A stretch of DNA of 64,000 nt from Myxococcota bacterium. Its GTDB lineage: Bacteria; Myxococcota_A; UBA796; UBA2385. The notes below the pieces were generated by a model. That model was not told the DNA's origin and searched no databases. It was given only the letters and a program-made list of their open reading frames with translations. Made by a program: the position numbers and the translations under genes. The stretch covers positions 128,001-192,000 of the forward strand of contig JBIJDH010000001.1 in assembly GCA_044344255.1 (NCBI GenBank), written 5' to 3'. Shown here piece by piece: positions 9,604-19,388 of the stretch (position 1 is the stretch's first letter; every line of letters starts with the position of its first letter).

Positions 9604-11600
9604 CCCGGGCTGCAGGTGAGCGCGCCCCCTGCCTCCGTGCAGGTCCAGGTGCCCGCCCCGCGCACCGTCACGGCGGCCTTGGCGTCGCCCACCGCCATCA
9701 TGCAGGTGGTGATGGACTCGAACTCCAGCCGCACCGAGCCGACGAACTCCTTCTTCTGCCCGTCGCCACAGGTGAGCTTGGCCTGCTTGCCCATGAGCGA
9801 GAATTTCACCTCGGCGGGGAAGGTGCCGCCGGAGCCAGCGCTCGAGCTCGAGCTCGAGCCGCTCGACGGTGGGGCGGTGGTCGTCTTCTTCGAGGCGCTG
9901 GAGCCGCTGGAGCTGGTAGACCCTGCGCTCGACCCGCCGCTGCTGGTCGTGCTTCGGCTGCTGCCCGAAGAGGTGCCGGTAGAGGAGCCGGCGGAGGAGC
10001 CAGTGGTGGAGCCGGCGCTGGTGCTGCGCCCGCCGCCCTTGCTCCCGGAGCCTCCGCTGGCGCTCGTCGAGCCGGTGCCCGTCGAGCCGGTGCTCGTCGA
10101 GCTGCGCGAAGAGGCGCCCGCGCTCCCCTCCGCCTTCGGCGGGGGCTGGGTGAGGTCCTCCTCCGTGGCAGCCCCATCCGCAGCGGCGTCATCGTCGGCG
10201 CTCCCCTCGTCACCGTCGGACTTGCCGTCGCCACCCGCGGCGCCCGCCTCGGCGGCGCCCTCACCCCGTGCGGCGCTCCCCTCTCCGCTGCCCTCAGGCA
10301 GCTCGGGGCGGCTGACGAAATAGTAGACACCACCGAGCCCCCCTGCGCCCAGGCACAGGAGGAACAGCACGACGAAGACGCCGACCACGACCTTGAGCGC
10401 GCCACCCCCTGCAGGAGCCGGCTCCGGCGAGGGGGGCGCCTCCTGGAGACCCGCGGAGGCGAAGGGAGAGGCCACCGCGATCGGCGCGGGGCCCGAGCGA
10501 GCGGGCGGCGCCGGGTTGGCCACCGGGGCGACGGGGCTCGGCGCCCAGGCGGCGGGAGGCGGGGCGGCGGGGCCCCTCTCCTGGGCGGGGCTCGAGCGGG
10601 CCGGGCGGGGCGGCGGCGCAGGGGGATCCAGCGGGCGGGGCGGCTCAGCGGCCCGGTGGAGGCCGCGCGGCGGGGGCAGCATGGCCGCCGCGCCCCCATA
10701 GGTGTTGTCGGGGGCCGGCGGCGGGGGGATTGGGGCCGTCTCCCGCGTACGCCCACGCCCCGGATCGAATCGGGCCCGCACCGGCTCGGAGCGGGCGCTG
10801 TCCTCTTCGTCCTCTTGGGCGAGGAGAGCCGCGATCTTGTCGGGAGACCAGAAGGCCGTCGACTCGCCCTTCGCGCTGGCCGCCTTTCGAATGCGCAGCG
10901 CCTGGGTGTGGGAGACCGGCCCGGAGATGCTGACGGGCCCGCCGAGTTCCTCCTCGAAGGGAGCCGGGGCTGCGCGCGCGCCGCCGGCGGCCCGCGCGGT
11001 GAGCAGGCGATCGGCCCAGTCTGAGAGCTCCTCCCCCGGGGTCTGCGCCGAGAGCTGGGCGAGCACGTTGGCGACGTCGAGGGCGGCGGGGCGCTCGGCG
11101 GGCTCATGGGCCAGCATCGAGCAGAGGAAGTGCACGACGTCGTCGAGCCAGCGCCTCCCCTGCAGCTCACCCCAGTCCAGCTGCTTGAGCCGATCTACGA
11201 TGTAGTCGTCGTGCGCGTCTCGATCGCGGGGGATGTCCCCCATCGGCTCGGACGCGAGGGCGGCGTGCAGGATGATGCCGAGGCCGTAGATGTCGGTGGC
11301 GATGCCGTTCGGCTGCCCTTCCGGAGCCCGGCCGCCTCGGCGACGGGCGCCGTAGCCATCGACGGCCACCGTCCCCCCCTCCTGGACCTTCACGCTCCCG
11401 GGCCGGAGGTCACCGTGAATGGCACGATCTTCCTCCGCGATCGTGAGGATGTCTGCGAGGTAGGAGATGAGCTCCAGGGCCGCCCGAACAGGCATGGGCC
11501 CACCCTGGAGCAGCTCGGAGAGGGGCTGCCCGGTGGCGTCGCCCTCGTCGTTGATCACCTGCCCCTGCGGACCGGGCTCTCTGGCGTACCAGCTGCTCAA
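9600..11600 (-). CDS. Membrane-anchored Ser/Thr-kinase-like pseudokinase (C-lobe only) with Pro-rich linker, TM helix and Ser/Thr/Gly-rich periplasmic tail
   Basis: HGDLRPGS, DGYG, APE, DIYGLG and PAERP motifs; TM VVVGVFVVLFLLCLG; TTG start overlaps the gatB stop. Confidence 0.75.
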   Translation of the reverse strand: MSSWYAREPGPQGQVINDEGDATGQPLSELLQGGPMPVRAALELISYLADILTIAEEDRAIHGDLRPGSVKVQEGGTVAVDGYGARRRGGRAPEGQPNGIATDIYGLGIILHAALASEPMGDIPRDRDAHDDYIVDRLKQLDWGELQGRRWLDDVVHFLCSMLAHEPAERPAALDVANVLAQLSAQTPGEELSDWADRLLTARAAGGARAAPAPFEEELGGPVSISGPVSHTQALRIRKAASAKGESTAFWSPDKIAALLAQEDEEDSARSEPVRARFDPGRGRTRETAPIPPPPAPDNTYGGAAAMLPPPRGLHRAAEPPRPLDPPAPPPRPARSSPAQERGPAAPPPAAWAPSPVAPVANPAPPARSGPAPIAVASPFASAGLQEAPPSPEPAPAGGGALKVVVGVFVVLFLLCLGAGGLGGVYYFVSRPELPEGSGEGSAARGEGAAEAGAAGGDGKSDGDEGSADDDAAADGAATEEDLTQPPPKAEGSAGASSRSSTSTGSTGTGSTSASGGSGSKGGGRSTSAGSTTGSSAGSSTGTSSGSSRSTTSSGGSSAGSTSSSGSSASKKTTTAPPSSGSSSSSSAGSGGTFPAEVKFSLMGKQAKLTCGDGQKKEFVGSVRLEFESITTCMMAVGDAKAAVTVRGAGTWTCTEAGGALTCSPG

Positions 11601-13099
11601 GGGCGCTCCAGCTCCAGGATGAGGAGGCGGCGAGTCTGCTTGGGGTCGGCGCCCCCTTCGAAGGCCCGCATGACGGCCCCCATGAAGAAGCCCAGCATAG
11701 CGCTGTTGCCGCCACGATAGCGGGCCACCTGGTCGGGGTGCGCGGCGAGCACCGCCGCGATCTTCCCAAGAAGGGTGGCTTCATCGCCGATCTGTCGGAG
11801 GCCGCGCGCGTCGGCGATCGCGCCCGGATCACCGCCCTGCGCGCGCAGCTCGCCCAGGATGTCCCGAGCCTGGCCGCGGTTGACCCCGCCCGCGTCGAGG
11901 AGGCCTTGGAGGGCCACCAGCATGGCGGGCTGGAGGCGACCGAGGCCGAGCTCCTCCTTCGCGGCGCGGAGGAGCTCGCCCTGCGCCCACGCGGCCATCA
12001 ACCGCGGCGCGCCGCCAAGGCGGACGCACTCCTCAAAGAACTCGAGCACGACGGCATCTCCGAGGAGCACCCGCGCCTCGGCCTCGGACAGCTCTGTGCG
12101 GGCCTGAAGATCGCGAAGCCGCCGCTGATCGAGGTCCAGCAGGTGAGCGTGGAGCGGGGCGCCGGGGAGGGTTGCCGCGGCCTCCGCCACCATCGCCTCG
12201 CTCACCGCGAGGGGCAGGAGGTCTGGCTCGGGCAGGTAGCGGTAGTCGGCGGCCTCCTCCTTGCTGCGCAGGAGCGCAGTGTCCTTGCCCGTCCAAGTGC
12301 GGGTCTCGGGGAGGACGCGGCCCCCCGCCTCCAGGATGAAGGTCTGACGCTCGATCTCCGCGCGGAGGGCTCGGGCGACGAAGCGGAACGAGTTGACGTT
12401 CTTGACCTCTACCCGCGTCCCCCAGGGCGCCCCTTCGCGACAGACGCTGACGTTGGCGTCGCAGCGGAGGTGGCCCTTCTCCATGTCTCCGGTACAGACC
12501 CCCGCCTCGACGAGCACCCGGTGCAACATCCGCATCCAGGCCTCGGCCTCCTCGGGGCTGCGCAGATCCGGGCGCCCGACGATCTCGATCAGCGGCACGC
12601 CCCCTCGGTTCCAATCGACCGCGCTGCCGCCCGAGGCGTGGTGCATCCGCCCTGCGTCCTCCTCGAGGTGCACACGCTCCAGCTCAAAGCTGCGCCGGGA
12701 CCCGCCGATCTCGACCTCAATCTGACCCCCCGTACACAAGGGGCGGTCAAACTGCGTGATCTGATAGCCCTTCGGGAGGTCGGGGTAGAAGTAGTGCTTT
12801 CGCGCGAAGACGCTGCGCGCCTCGATCTTCGCGCCGAGGGCGACCCCGGCCCTCAGCGCGAGGGACACCGCGCCCTCGTTCAAGATCGGCAGCGTGCCGG
12901 GGTGGCCGAGGCAGATGGGGCAGACGTTCTGGTTCGGCCCGGCCTCGCCGTCGACGGGGCAGCCACAGAAGAGCTTGGTCCGAGTTCGAAGCTGCGCGTG
13001 ACACTCGAGGCCGATGATCGCCGTCCACCGCCCCGGCTCCCCGGAGCGGGAGGGGAGGCTCTCCGCGTCTCCAGGGCTCGCCGGCGGATGGTGCTGCAC
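11597..13099 (-). CDS. gatB: Asp-tRNA(Asn)/Glu-tRNA(Gln) amidotransferase subunit B
   Basis: IGLECHAQL, RKHYFYPDLPKGYQITQ, HLEEDAG, LRCDANVS, EVKNVNSF, DYRYLPEPDL; GTG at 13099 with GAGGAG SD. Confidence 0.95.
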   Translation of the reverse strand: MQHHPPASPGDAESLPSRSGEPGRWTAIIGLECHAQLRTRTKLFCGCPVDGEAGPNQNVCPICLGHPGTLPILNEGAVSLALRAGVALGAKIEARSVFARKHYFYPDLPKGYQITQFDRPLCTGGQIEVEIGGSRRSFELERVHLEEDAGRMHHASGGSAVDWNRGGVPLIEIVGRPDLRSPEEAEAWMRMLHRVLVEAGVCTGDMEKGHLRCDANVSVCREGAPWGTRVEVKNVNSFRFVARALRAEIERQTFILEAGGRVLPETRTWTGKDTALLRSKEEAADYRYLPEPDLLPLAVSEAMVAEAAATLPGAPLHAHLLDLDQRRLRDLQARTELSEAEARVLLGDAVVLEFFEECVRLGGAPRLMAAWAQGELLRAAKEELGLGRLQPAMLVALQGLLDAGGVNRGQARDILGELRAQGGDPGAIADARGLRQIGDEATLLGKIAAVLAAHPDQVARYRGGNSAMLGFFMGAVMRAFEGGADPKQTRRLLILELERP

Positions 13100-13261
13100 A
13101 GTCGCTCCTCGCCGCCGGCCTAACACGCCGCAGATTGACAGGCCTCAGCCACGACGCGCCCCTCCACCCCCGGTGTCCGCCCGGGTGACGAAGCTGACCG
13201 CGGCTTGACCTCCCCGCAGGCGGACTGTGGCACTATGGGCCCTTCGACGGAGCGCTCGTTC

Positions 13262-13558
13262 ATGTCCGTCTCTCGTGTACCCGCCGCGCGCCCCCTCGCG
13301 GCCGCCGAGACCCCCACGCCATCCTACGTCTGGGTCGTCGAGGCGCCCTCGCTGCCGCCGGTTCAGGTGTCGGCGCGAAACTGGATCGTCGCGCTGGGCA
13401 TCGGCTTGCAGCGGCTCGGCGTCGAGCCGGACATCAACCGGCTCGCCTGCGAGCTGCTTCAGAACGGCTCCGCCATCGCCCACGACACCGAGAATGGCGT
13501 GCGCTACGTCGTCCGGCCGGCGACCGTCGCCGAGCTGGAGGCTCCCCCTCCGCGCTGA
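13262..13558 (+). CDS. Small hypothetical cytoplasmic protein
   Basis: GGAG SD then ATG; globular-looking sequence (NWIVALGIGLQRLG...RLACELLQNG); fills the gap between flanking genes. Confidence 0.7.
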   Translation: MSVSRVPAARPLAAAETPTPSYVWVVEAPSLPPVQVSARNWIVALGIGLQRLGVEPDINRLACELLQNGSAIAHDTENGVRYVVRPATVAELEAPPPR

Positions 13559-13589
13559 GCCGGGCGAAGCGGGAGGCAGCTCAAACGCG

Positions 13590-13628
13590 CACGAGGCGGG
13601 GGGTCGTCGCCGACCCGCCCGCCTCGTG
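13590..13628. terminator. Strong hairpin between convergent genes, probable (bidirectional) terminator
   Basis: CACGAGGCGGG-GGGTCG / TCGC loop / CGACCC-G-CCCGCCTCGTG forms a 17-bp stem with one bulge; the U tract is weak. Confidence 0.6.
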
Positions 13629-13648
13629 GCCCGACCCAGAGGGTGGGC

Positions 13649-15274
13649 TCAGCCTTCGCAGTCGCCGTAGAGCGCGTACTCGATCTCGACCGTAGACCCG
13701 CCCTCGGGGACGTAGTCAGACTCGAAGTCGATCGAGTTGTCGGTGGGATTGTACTCCCAGCCGAGGGTCGAGCTCACGCCGTCGATACGCACAACGATCG
13801 TCTCGGGCACCGGCCAGTCGGTGAGCTCGAAGCTCGAGGTGTCCGAGGTGGAGCCCTCCGCCAAGGCCTCGAGGTGGGAGCCCCAGTCCGTCGCGCAGAT
13901 GCTGAGGAAGAGGCCGCCGGTGGCGACGACCGCCTCGTAGTAGCCGGTGTAGGCCGAAGCGGAGCTGCAGCCGCTCGGGTAGTCCCCCCCGATGGCGTGG
14001 AAGACGACGTCGTCGGGATCGGCCTTGAGGGACTGGAACTCCGCGACGTAGTACGCGTAGTTGTTGACGCTCTGCTCGTTCTCGTCGGACACGCCGACGA
14101 GGTTCAGCGTGGCCTCCTCGCGGATGAGGCCCCAGTTGCAGCCGCTGGAGTCGATGGCCTCGGCGAGGCAGGCCTCCTCGAGCATGAAGCCGCGCTCGGT
14201 GTTGCTGGCGTAGCTGCCTCCCAGGTTGATCATCGTGGTGATGGTCGACTGGGCGTCCGAGGCGCTGAAGGTGTTGTCGATGTAGAGGTCAGAGCCGTTG
14301 ATGCAGCCGTTGTCCTCCACCGTCGCGGCGACGTGGTAGTCGGCGTCGAGGCCGGCCATCGTCGAGACGAAGGTGCCGAAGTTCGTCTGCACGTTGATGA
14401 TGTCGTCGTCCATCGAGCAGGACTTGTCGACCGCGAAGATGATGTCGGTCATGCCCTTGATGGGCTGCTCGTAGGTGTCGAGGTTCGTGCCCGCGAGGGT
14501 GCCCGTGCCCTCCTGGGTCGCCATGACCTGGGGGGTGTAGGGGTCGTTCGAGTCGACGAAGAGGTAGGCGATGTCCGAGTACTCATCGTGCGGCAGGTAC
14601 GAGACCGACACGGTGGTGGACTCGTTCGGCGCGAGGGTCCAGGGGAGGGCGCCGAGGGCAGAGTCGTTCTCGAAGCTGACGTCGTCGGTCGAGGCGGTGT
14701 TGAACTCGAAGCCCGTCACGACGAGGTTCGCGTTCCCGATGTTCTTGATCGTGATCGGCTGGGCGGCGTCGCAGCCGATGAAGAGCGAGCCGAAGTCGTA
14801 CTCGGTGGGGCTGACCTCGATGACCGGGGCGATGCCCTCCCCGTTCAGGGTGACCTCCACCGTGGGCTCATCGGGATCATCCGACTCGATGAGGACGAGG
14901 CCCGGGGTGACCTCGGCCGTCACGGGGGCGAAGGTCACGGTGAACTGCGAGGTGCCGCCCGCCTGCACGAGGAAGGAGCTGATGACGCCCAGGGTGTAGG
15001 GGCCCGTCTCGTCTTCGATGTAGATGTCTTGGATGTGGAGGTCGCCCTCCCCCACGTTGGAGATGGTGACCACCGCCGAGTTCTCATCGGGGGGCGCCGC
15101 CTCGATGTTGACGTTGACCGAGCCGAAGTTCACGTTCATCGGATCCACGGCGATGTCGGGGGCGCCGTCTTCGATGTCCGTCTGCTCGCTGCTCTTGTCC
15201 TGCTTGATCTCGTAATCACTGCAGGCCAAGGCAAAGACGCCGAGGGCGGCGAGCAGGGCGCTGTTCTTGGTCAT
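13649..15274 (-). CDS. Lipoprotein with two Ig-like (choice-of-anchor D / ASH-type) domains and a vWA domain
   Basis: Lipobox ALAC; repeated ISNVGEGDLHI/IKNIGNANLVV and ESDDPDEP/DSNDPYTP; MIDAS-like DKSCSM and SDENEQS. Confidence 0.85.
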   Translation of the reverse strand: MTKNSALLAALGVFALACSDYEIKQDKSSEQTDIEDGAPDIAVDPMNVNFGSVNVNIEAAPPDENSAVVTISNVGEGDLHIQDIYIEDETGPYTLGVISSFLVQAGGTSQFTVTFAPVTAEVTPGLVLIESDDPDEPTVEVTLNGEGIAPVIEVSPTEYDFGSLFIGCDAAQPITIKNIGNANLVVTGFEFNTASTDDVSFENDSALGALPWTLAPNESTTVSVSYLPHDEYSDIAYLFVDSNDPYTPQVMATQEGTGTLAGTNLDTYEQPIKGMTDIIFAVDKSCSMDDDIINVQTNFGTFVSTMAGLDADYHVAATVEDNGCINGSDLYIDNTFSASDAQSTITTMINLGGSYASNTERGFMLEEACLAEAIDSSGCNWGLIREEATLNLVGVSDENEQSVNNYAYYVAEFQSLKADPDDVVFHAIGGDYPSGCSSASAYTGYYEAVVATGGLFLSICATDWGSHLEALAEGSTSDTSSFELTDWPVPETIVVRIDGVSSTLGWEYNPTDNSIDFESDYVPEGGSTVEIEYALYGDCEG

Positions 15275-15405
15275 GTCCATCTCCGATGCAGGAAGGCGGG
15301 GCCGCGGATCCAGAGCCGGGAGGGCGGGGGCCACACCGAGCTCTCTCGAGTTCTTCCCTGACTACGTGCCACGCGACGAGCGTGTGACAGGGCTTGGGGA
15401 GGATT

Positions 15406-17442
15406 CTACCGGATGGCGGTTCCAGGCGCTACGGGGCTGGTCACGGTGAGCAGCGCGAGGCCGTCGCCGTCGCCTGCCGCGAGCACCATCCCGTGGCTCT
15501 GGATGCCGCGGAGCTTGGCCGGCTTGAGGTTGGCGACGACCACGACGGTCTTGCCGACGAGCTCTTCCGGCGTGAAGCGGGCCGCGATGCCCGCCACGAT
15601 CGTGCGGGGGCTCCCCTCCCCGAGATCCATCTGGAGGACCAGGAGGCGATCGGCCTTCGGGTGGCGATCGGCGGCGAGCACGAGGCCCGCCCGCAGGGCC
15701 ACCTTGCCGAAGGTGTCGAAGTCGATCAGCTCGGGCAGCGGCGCGGGGGCGGCGCTCTCGGCAGGAGCAGCAGGTGCGGAGGTCTCGGACATGGGCTTGG
15801 GCTCGTTCTTCGGGGCGGAGGAGGGGGACGGAGGGGCGGGGCGCTGGGCGGCCTCGGCGGCGGCGGCGGCCTCCGCGCGGGCGATCGCCTCGACGATCAG
15901 CGGGGGGAGGCCGTCCAGTCGGGGGAACAGCGGCTCCCCGAGCGTGAGCGGGGCGCCGACCCGGAGCCCGGCGAGGCCGTCCGCGGCGTGGAGCACGGTC
16001 ACCCGCACGCCGCCGAGGCGCTCCCCGAGCACGGCCGCCTTGGCGGGGCAGAAGGGGGCGAGCAGCAGGGCCGCGACACGACAGATCTCCAGCGCGCGCC
16101 GCATGACGCCGGCGAGGCGCTCGGTCTGCCCGAGGCGGTTGAGCTTCCAGGGCTCTTCGACCTGAAGGTAGTTGTTACCGGCCTTCACGAGCTCCCAGAG
16201 CACCTCGAGGGCCCGCGAGAACTGGACCCCCTGCATCTCGAGCACGAAGCTCGCATAGGTGCGCGCGGCGAGGGCCTCCAGCGCGAGGTCCGCCGCCGAG
16301 GGGCTGTCCAAGGCGGGCACCATGCCCCCGAGCCACTTCTCGGACATCGAGATCGCGCGGTGGGCCAGGTTCCCGAGGTCGTTGGCGAGGTCCGCGTTGA
16401 CGCGGGTGAGGAAGGCTTCGTGCTGGAATTCGCCGTCCCCGCCGAAGGGGAGCTCTCGCAGCAGGAAGTAGCGGACCGCATCCGGGCCGTAGGCGTCGAC
16501 CAGCAGGTTCGGATCCACCACGTTGCCGAAGGACTTGCTCATCTTCGTGCCGGCCACCGTCCACCAGCCGTGGACGTACAGGGTCGTGGCCGGCTCCAGG
16601 CCCAGCGCGAAGAGCATCGTCGACCAGTACACGGCGTGCGGGATCAGGATGTCCTTGCCGATGAGCTGGACGTCGGCGGGCCAACGCTCCGAGAAGGTGC
16701 TGCTGCGCTGCGCTTCGTCGGGGTGGTACCCGATCGCCGTCAAGTAGTTGAGGAGGGCGTCGAACCACACATAGGTGACGTAGTCCGGGGCGAAGGGCAG
16801 CGGGATGCCCCAGGGCAGGCGGACCGCGGGCCGACTGATACAGAGGTCGGTCACCTCCTTCCGGAGGTAGCCGATGACCTCGTTCCGACGAGCCTCCGGG
16901 CGGATGAAGTCCGGGTGGTCACCGATCCAGGCGCGGAGCCGGTCGGCGTACTTCGACATCCGGAAGAAGTAGTTCTGCTCCTTCACCCACTCCACCGCCG
17001 TGCCGGTCTCGGGGCAGCGGCCGTCCACGAGGTCCTTCTCGGTGAAGAAACGCTCGGCCGACTTGCTGTACCAGCCCTCGTAGTCGGCGGCGTAGATGTC
17101 TCCCGCCTCCCACAGCTGCTGGAGGACCGCCTGCACCACGCGCGTGTGGCGCGGCTCGGTCGTGCGGATGAAGTCGCTGGTCTCCACCGCGATTCGGGGC
17201 AGGAGATCGCGGAAGGCGCCCTGGAGACCGTCCACATGCTCGGCGGGGCTGAGGCCCCGGGCCAGGGCGCTCTCATAGACCTTCTGCCCATGCTCGTCCG
17301 TGCCGGTGAGCATCCAGGCGGAGTCCCCCAACATGGCGTGCCATCGTCGCAGCACGTCCGCGGCGATGGAGGTGTACGCGTGACCCATGTGGGGGTTCGC
17401 GTTCACGTAATAGATGGGCGTGGTCACATAGAAAGATGACAC
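15406..17442 (-). CDS. metG: Methionyl-tRNA synthetase with C-terminal tRNA-binding (OB) domain
   Basis: YVTTPIYYVN, HMGH, YVWFDAL, KMSKS; C-terminal NLKPAKLRGIQSHGMVLA. Confidence 0.97.
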   Translation of the reverse strand: MSSFYVTTPIYYVNANPHMGHAYTSIAADVLRRWHAMLGDSAWMLTGTDEHGQKVYESALARGLSPAEHVDGLQGAFRDLLPRIAVETSDFIRTTEPRHTRVVQAVLQQLWEAGDIYAADYEGWYSKSAERFFTEKDLVDGRCPETGTAVEWVKEQNYFFRMSKYADRLRAWIGDHPDFIRPEARRNEVIGYLRKEVTDLCISRPAVRLPWGIPLPFAPDYVTYVWFDALLNYLTAIGYHPDEAQRSSTFSERWPADVQLIGKDILIPHAVYWSTMLFALGLEPATTLYVHGWWTVAGTKMSKSFGNVVDPNLLVDAYGPDAVRYFLLRELPFGGDGEFQHEAFLTRVNADLANDLGNLAHRAISMSEKWLGGMVPALDSPSAADLALEALAARTYASFVLEMQGVQFSRALEVLWELVKAGNNYLQVEEPWKLNRLGQTERLAGVMRRALEICRVAALLLAPFCPAKAAVLGERLGGVRVTVLHAADGLAGLRVGAPLTLGEPLFPRLDGLPPLIVEAIARAEAAAAAEAAQRPAPPSPSSAPKNEPKPMSETSAPAAPAESAAPAPLPELIDFDTFGKVALRAGLVLAADRHPKADRLLVLQMDLGEGSPRTIVAGIAARFTPEELVGKTVVVVANLKPAKLRGIQSHGMVLAAGDGDGLALLTVTSPVAPGTAIR

Positions 17443-17562
17443 AGCAGACCTCTTCGCCGGAGAGACCGCCCGAGTCGGCGGCCCTCCTTGCTACTCCCCC
17501 GACCCGCCCGGGGCAAGGCGAAGCGCCTTGTCCCCTCCCCCCACCCGCGATACCCAACCGCC

Positions 17563-18498
17563 ATGGTCCAGGCGCTCGGCTACTCCATCGGTGACTTCGA
17601 TCCCAACGACCCCGGGCGGCTCTGTCGCGGGAGGGAGCGTTGGATTGACTCCTACCCGAACGAAGACCGCCTGCTCTTCCACCGCGTCGTCGTCAGCGGC
17701 GCCACCTTCTCCGACGACAGCGCGAGGGACGCCATGCGCGGCCTCGCCTGGTCGGGCGTGACGGGCGGCGAGATCACCCGCACCTTGTTCCCCACGGCGA
17801 ACCTCGTGGCCTGGGCCGAAGACGCCCACCCCCACGCGGTCCCCGCCAAAGCGCAGGGCCTCGAACACTATGTGCTCCGCCGCCCGGGCTCGTCGTTGCG
17901 GCGCTGGGTGACCCGCTGGAGCATGCCCTGCGTGAGCTCGATGGACGTGGACGACGCCATCGCAGGCGGGGCAGACGTCTTCCTGGTCCTCGAAGAGGCA
18001 CCCGCCACCGTCGAGACGCCCATCCCCGCCGAAGACGCGCCCCTCGCCGACGCCGACGCCGAGCCTGCCCGCGCCGGCGGCCTGCCCGAGTCGCTGCGCC
18101 AGGGGCTCTTCTACCTCGTGGGCCAGCGCGTCGAAGGCCCCCCCTCCCGGAACTTCCAGCCCGTCGCGTTGACGCCGCTCTTCCACGAGGCCCGCGCCGT
18201 CGTGCTGCTCCACCAGGACAAGCACGGCCCCTGCATCGGCGTCTACTCCCCGGAGCCCCTCTTCGACGAAGAGATCATCGCGCGGCTCGCGCGGGTCCGT
18301 GGGGCCCTCCCGGTCCCCTTCGCCATCCCCCCGATGCTCGCCCGCTGGGATCGGGCCCTCTGGGAGCTGCGGCAAGACTGGTCTGAGGCGCAGAGCGGAG
18401 AATTCCCGGTGCCCCCCGCGCCCGACACCCGCGGCGGCTGGGGGCGACGGCGCACCAGCGGCGCCGCCCCGGCGCCCGGCGAAGAAGAAGAGGAGTAG
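17563..18498 (+). CDS. Hypothetical protein
   Basis: Long ORF with typical codon bias, divergent from metG; no motif recognised. Confidence 0.75.
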   Translation: MVQALGYSIGDFDPNDPGRLCRGRERWIDSYPNEDRLLFHRVVVSGATFSDDSARDAMRGLAWSGVTGGEITRTLFPTANLVAWAEDAHPHAVPAKAQGLEHYVLRRPGSSLRRWVTRWSMPCVSSMDVDDAIAGGADVFLVLEEAPATVETPIPAEDAPLADADAEPARAGGLPESLRQGLFYLVGQRVEGPPSRNFQPVALTPLFHEARAVVLLHQDKHGPCIGVYSPEPLFDEEIIARLARVRGALPVPFAIPPMLARWDRALWELRQDWSEAQSGEFPVPPAPDTRGGWGRRRTSGAAPAPGEEEEE

Positions 18499-18503
18499 CC
18501 CCG

Positions 18504-19379
18504 CTGCGCCTCCCGCGAACGACGGCGTGGCGCACAGCGGCGTGGCGTGCGATCGCGCTGGCGCTCCTGTTGGCGGTGCCCGCGCGCGCGGCCGAGGAGG
18601 ATTGGCTGCGGCTCGACGGCGTCGGCCCCCTCCGCTGGGGTGCCACCGAGGCGCTGGCCGGGGCCAGCCCCCGCTCCCGAGAGCTCTACCTCCCCGACTC
18701 CGCCCCCCTCGGCAACGGCCCCACCGCCCAGCCCACCGATCTCGAGCTCCCCGCTCCCGCCGCGTCCAAGGAGCGCCGCGTGGTCCGCGTCGTCGGCGGG
18801 AGGCTCTCCGACGCCTGGCTGATCCGCGAAGGCCCGATCGACGTCTCCCCCTACGTGTCGCGCGGCGCCCTGCGGTGGAGCGGCGCCGCCCTGGGTCCCG
18901 GAGAGCGCGGCGCGCGGGCCTTCGGCGACGCCACCGCCTGGACCGTCGGAGACCGCAGCGTGCTGTGGTGGCGGGACCGCATCACCCCCCGTGAAATCCT
19001 GGTCAGCCGCTCGATCGCCTCCATCGGCGCGCCCGGCGCCGGGCTGCCCTTGATGGCGCCCTCGTCCCCGTCCTCGCCCCTGTCGAACGACGAGGACGAC
19101 GCCCTCCCGAGCGAGCCCCGGCTCCCCGACCTCCTCTTCAAGGGCGACCTCAAGGCGAGCCTCAAGCCCTGGCGGGGCCCGCTCTCCGCCTGCCTGGAGG
19201 GCGCGGCCACCCCGGCCAAGGTCGACGTGGACCTCATCTTTGACGCCCAGGGGCGCCCCGCGCGGATCCGCGCCGAGAGCGACCACCCGAACCTGCTCCC
19301 CTGCTTCGCCGCCGCGGTCCTCGACAGCCGCGCCGCGGCCGGAGCCTACGGCACCGTCACCGTCATCCGCCTCCGGTGA
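18504..19379 (+). CDS. Secreted hypothetical protein with a C-terminal TonB-C/AgmX-like domain; start codon uncertain (CTG proposed)
   Basis: In-frame signal peptide AWRAIALALLLAVPARA begins upstream of the TTG at 18570; AGGAG at 18491-18495 is 8 nt before CTG 18504; C-terminal LSACL...VDLIFDAQG...PCF. Confidence 0.6.
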   Translation: MRLPRTTAWRTAAWRAIALALLLAVPARAAEEDWLRLDGVGPLRWGATEALAGASPRSRELYLPDSAPLGNGPTAQPTDLELPAPAASKERRVVRVVGGRLSDAWLIREGPIDVSPYVSRGALRWSGAALGPGERGARAFGDATAWTVGDRSVLWWRDRITPREILVSRSIASIGAPGAGLPLMAPSSPSSPLSNDEDDALPSEPRLPDLLFKGDLKASLKPWRGPLSACLEGAATPAKVDVDLIFDAQGRPARIRAESDHPNLLPCFAAAVLDSRAAAGAYGTVTVIRLR

Positions 19380-19388
19380 GGCCGGGCC

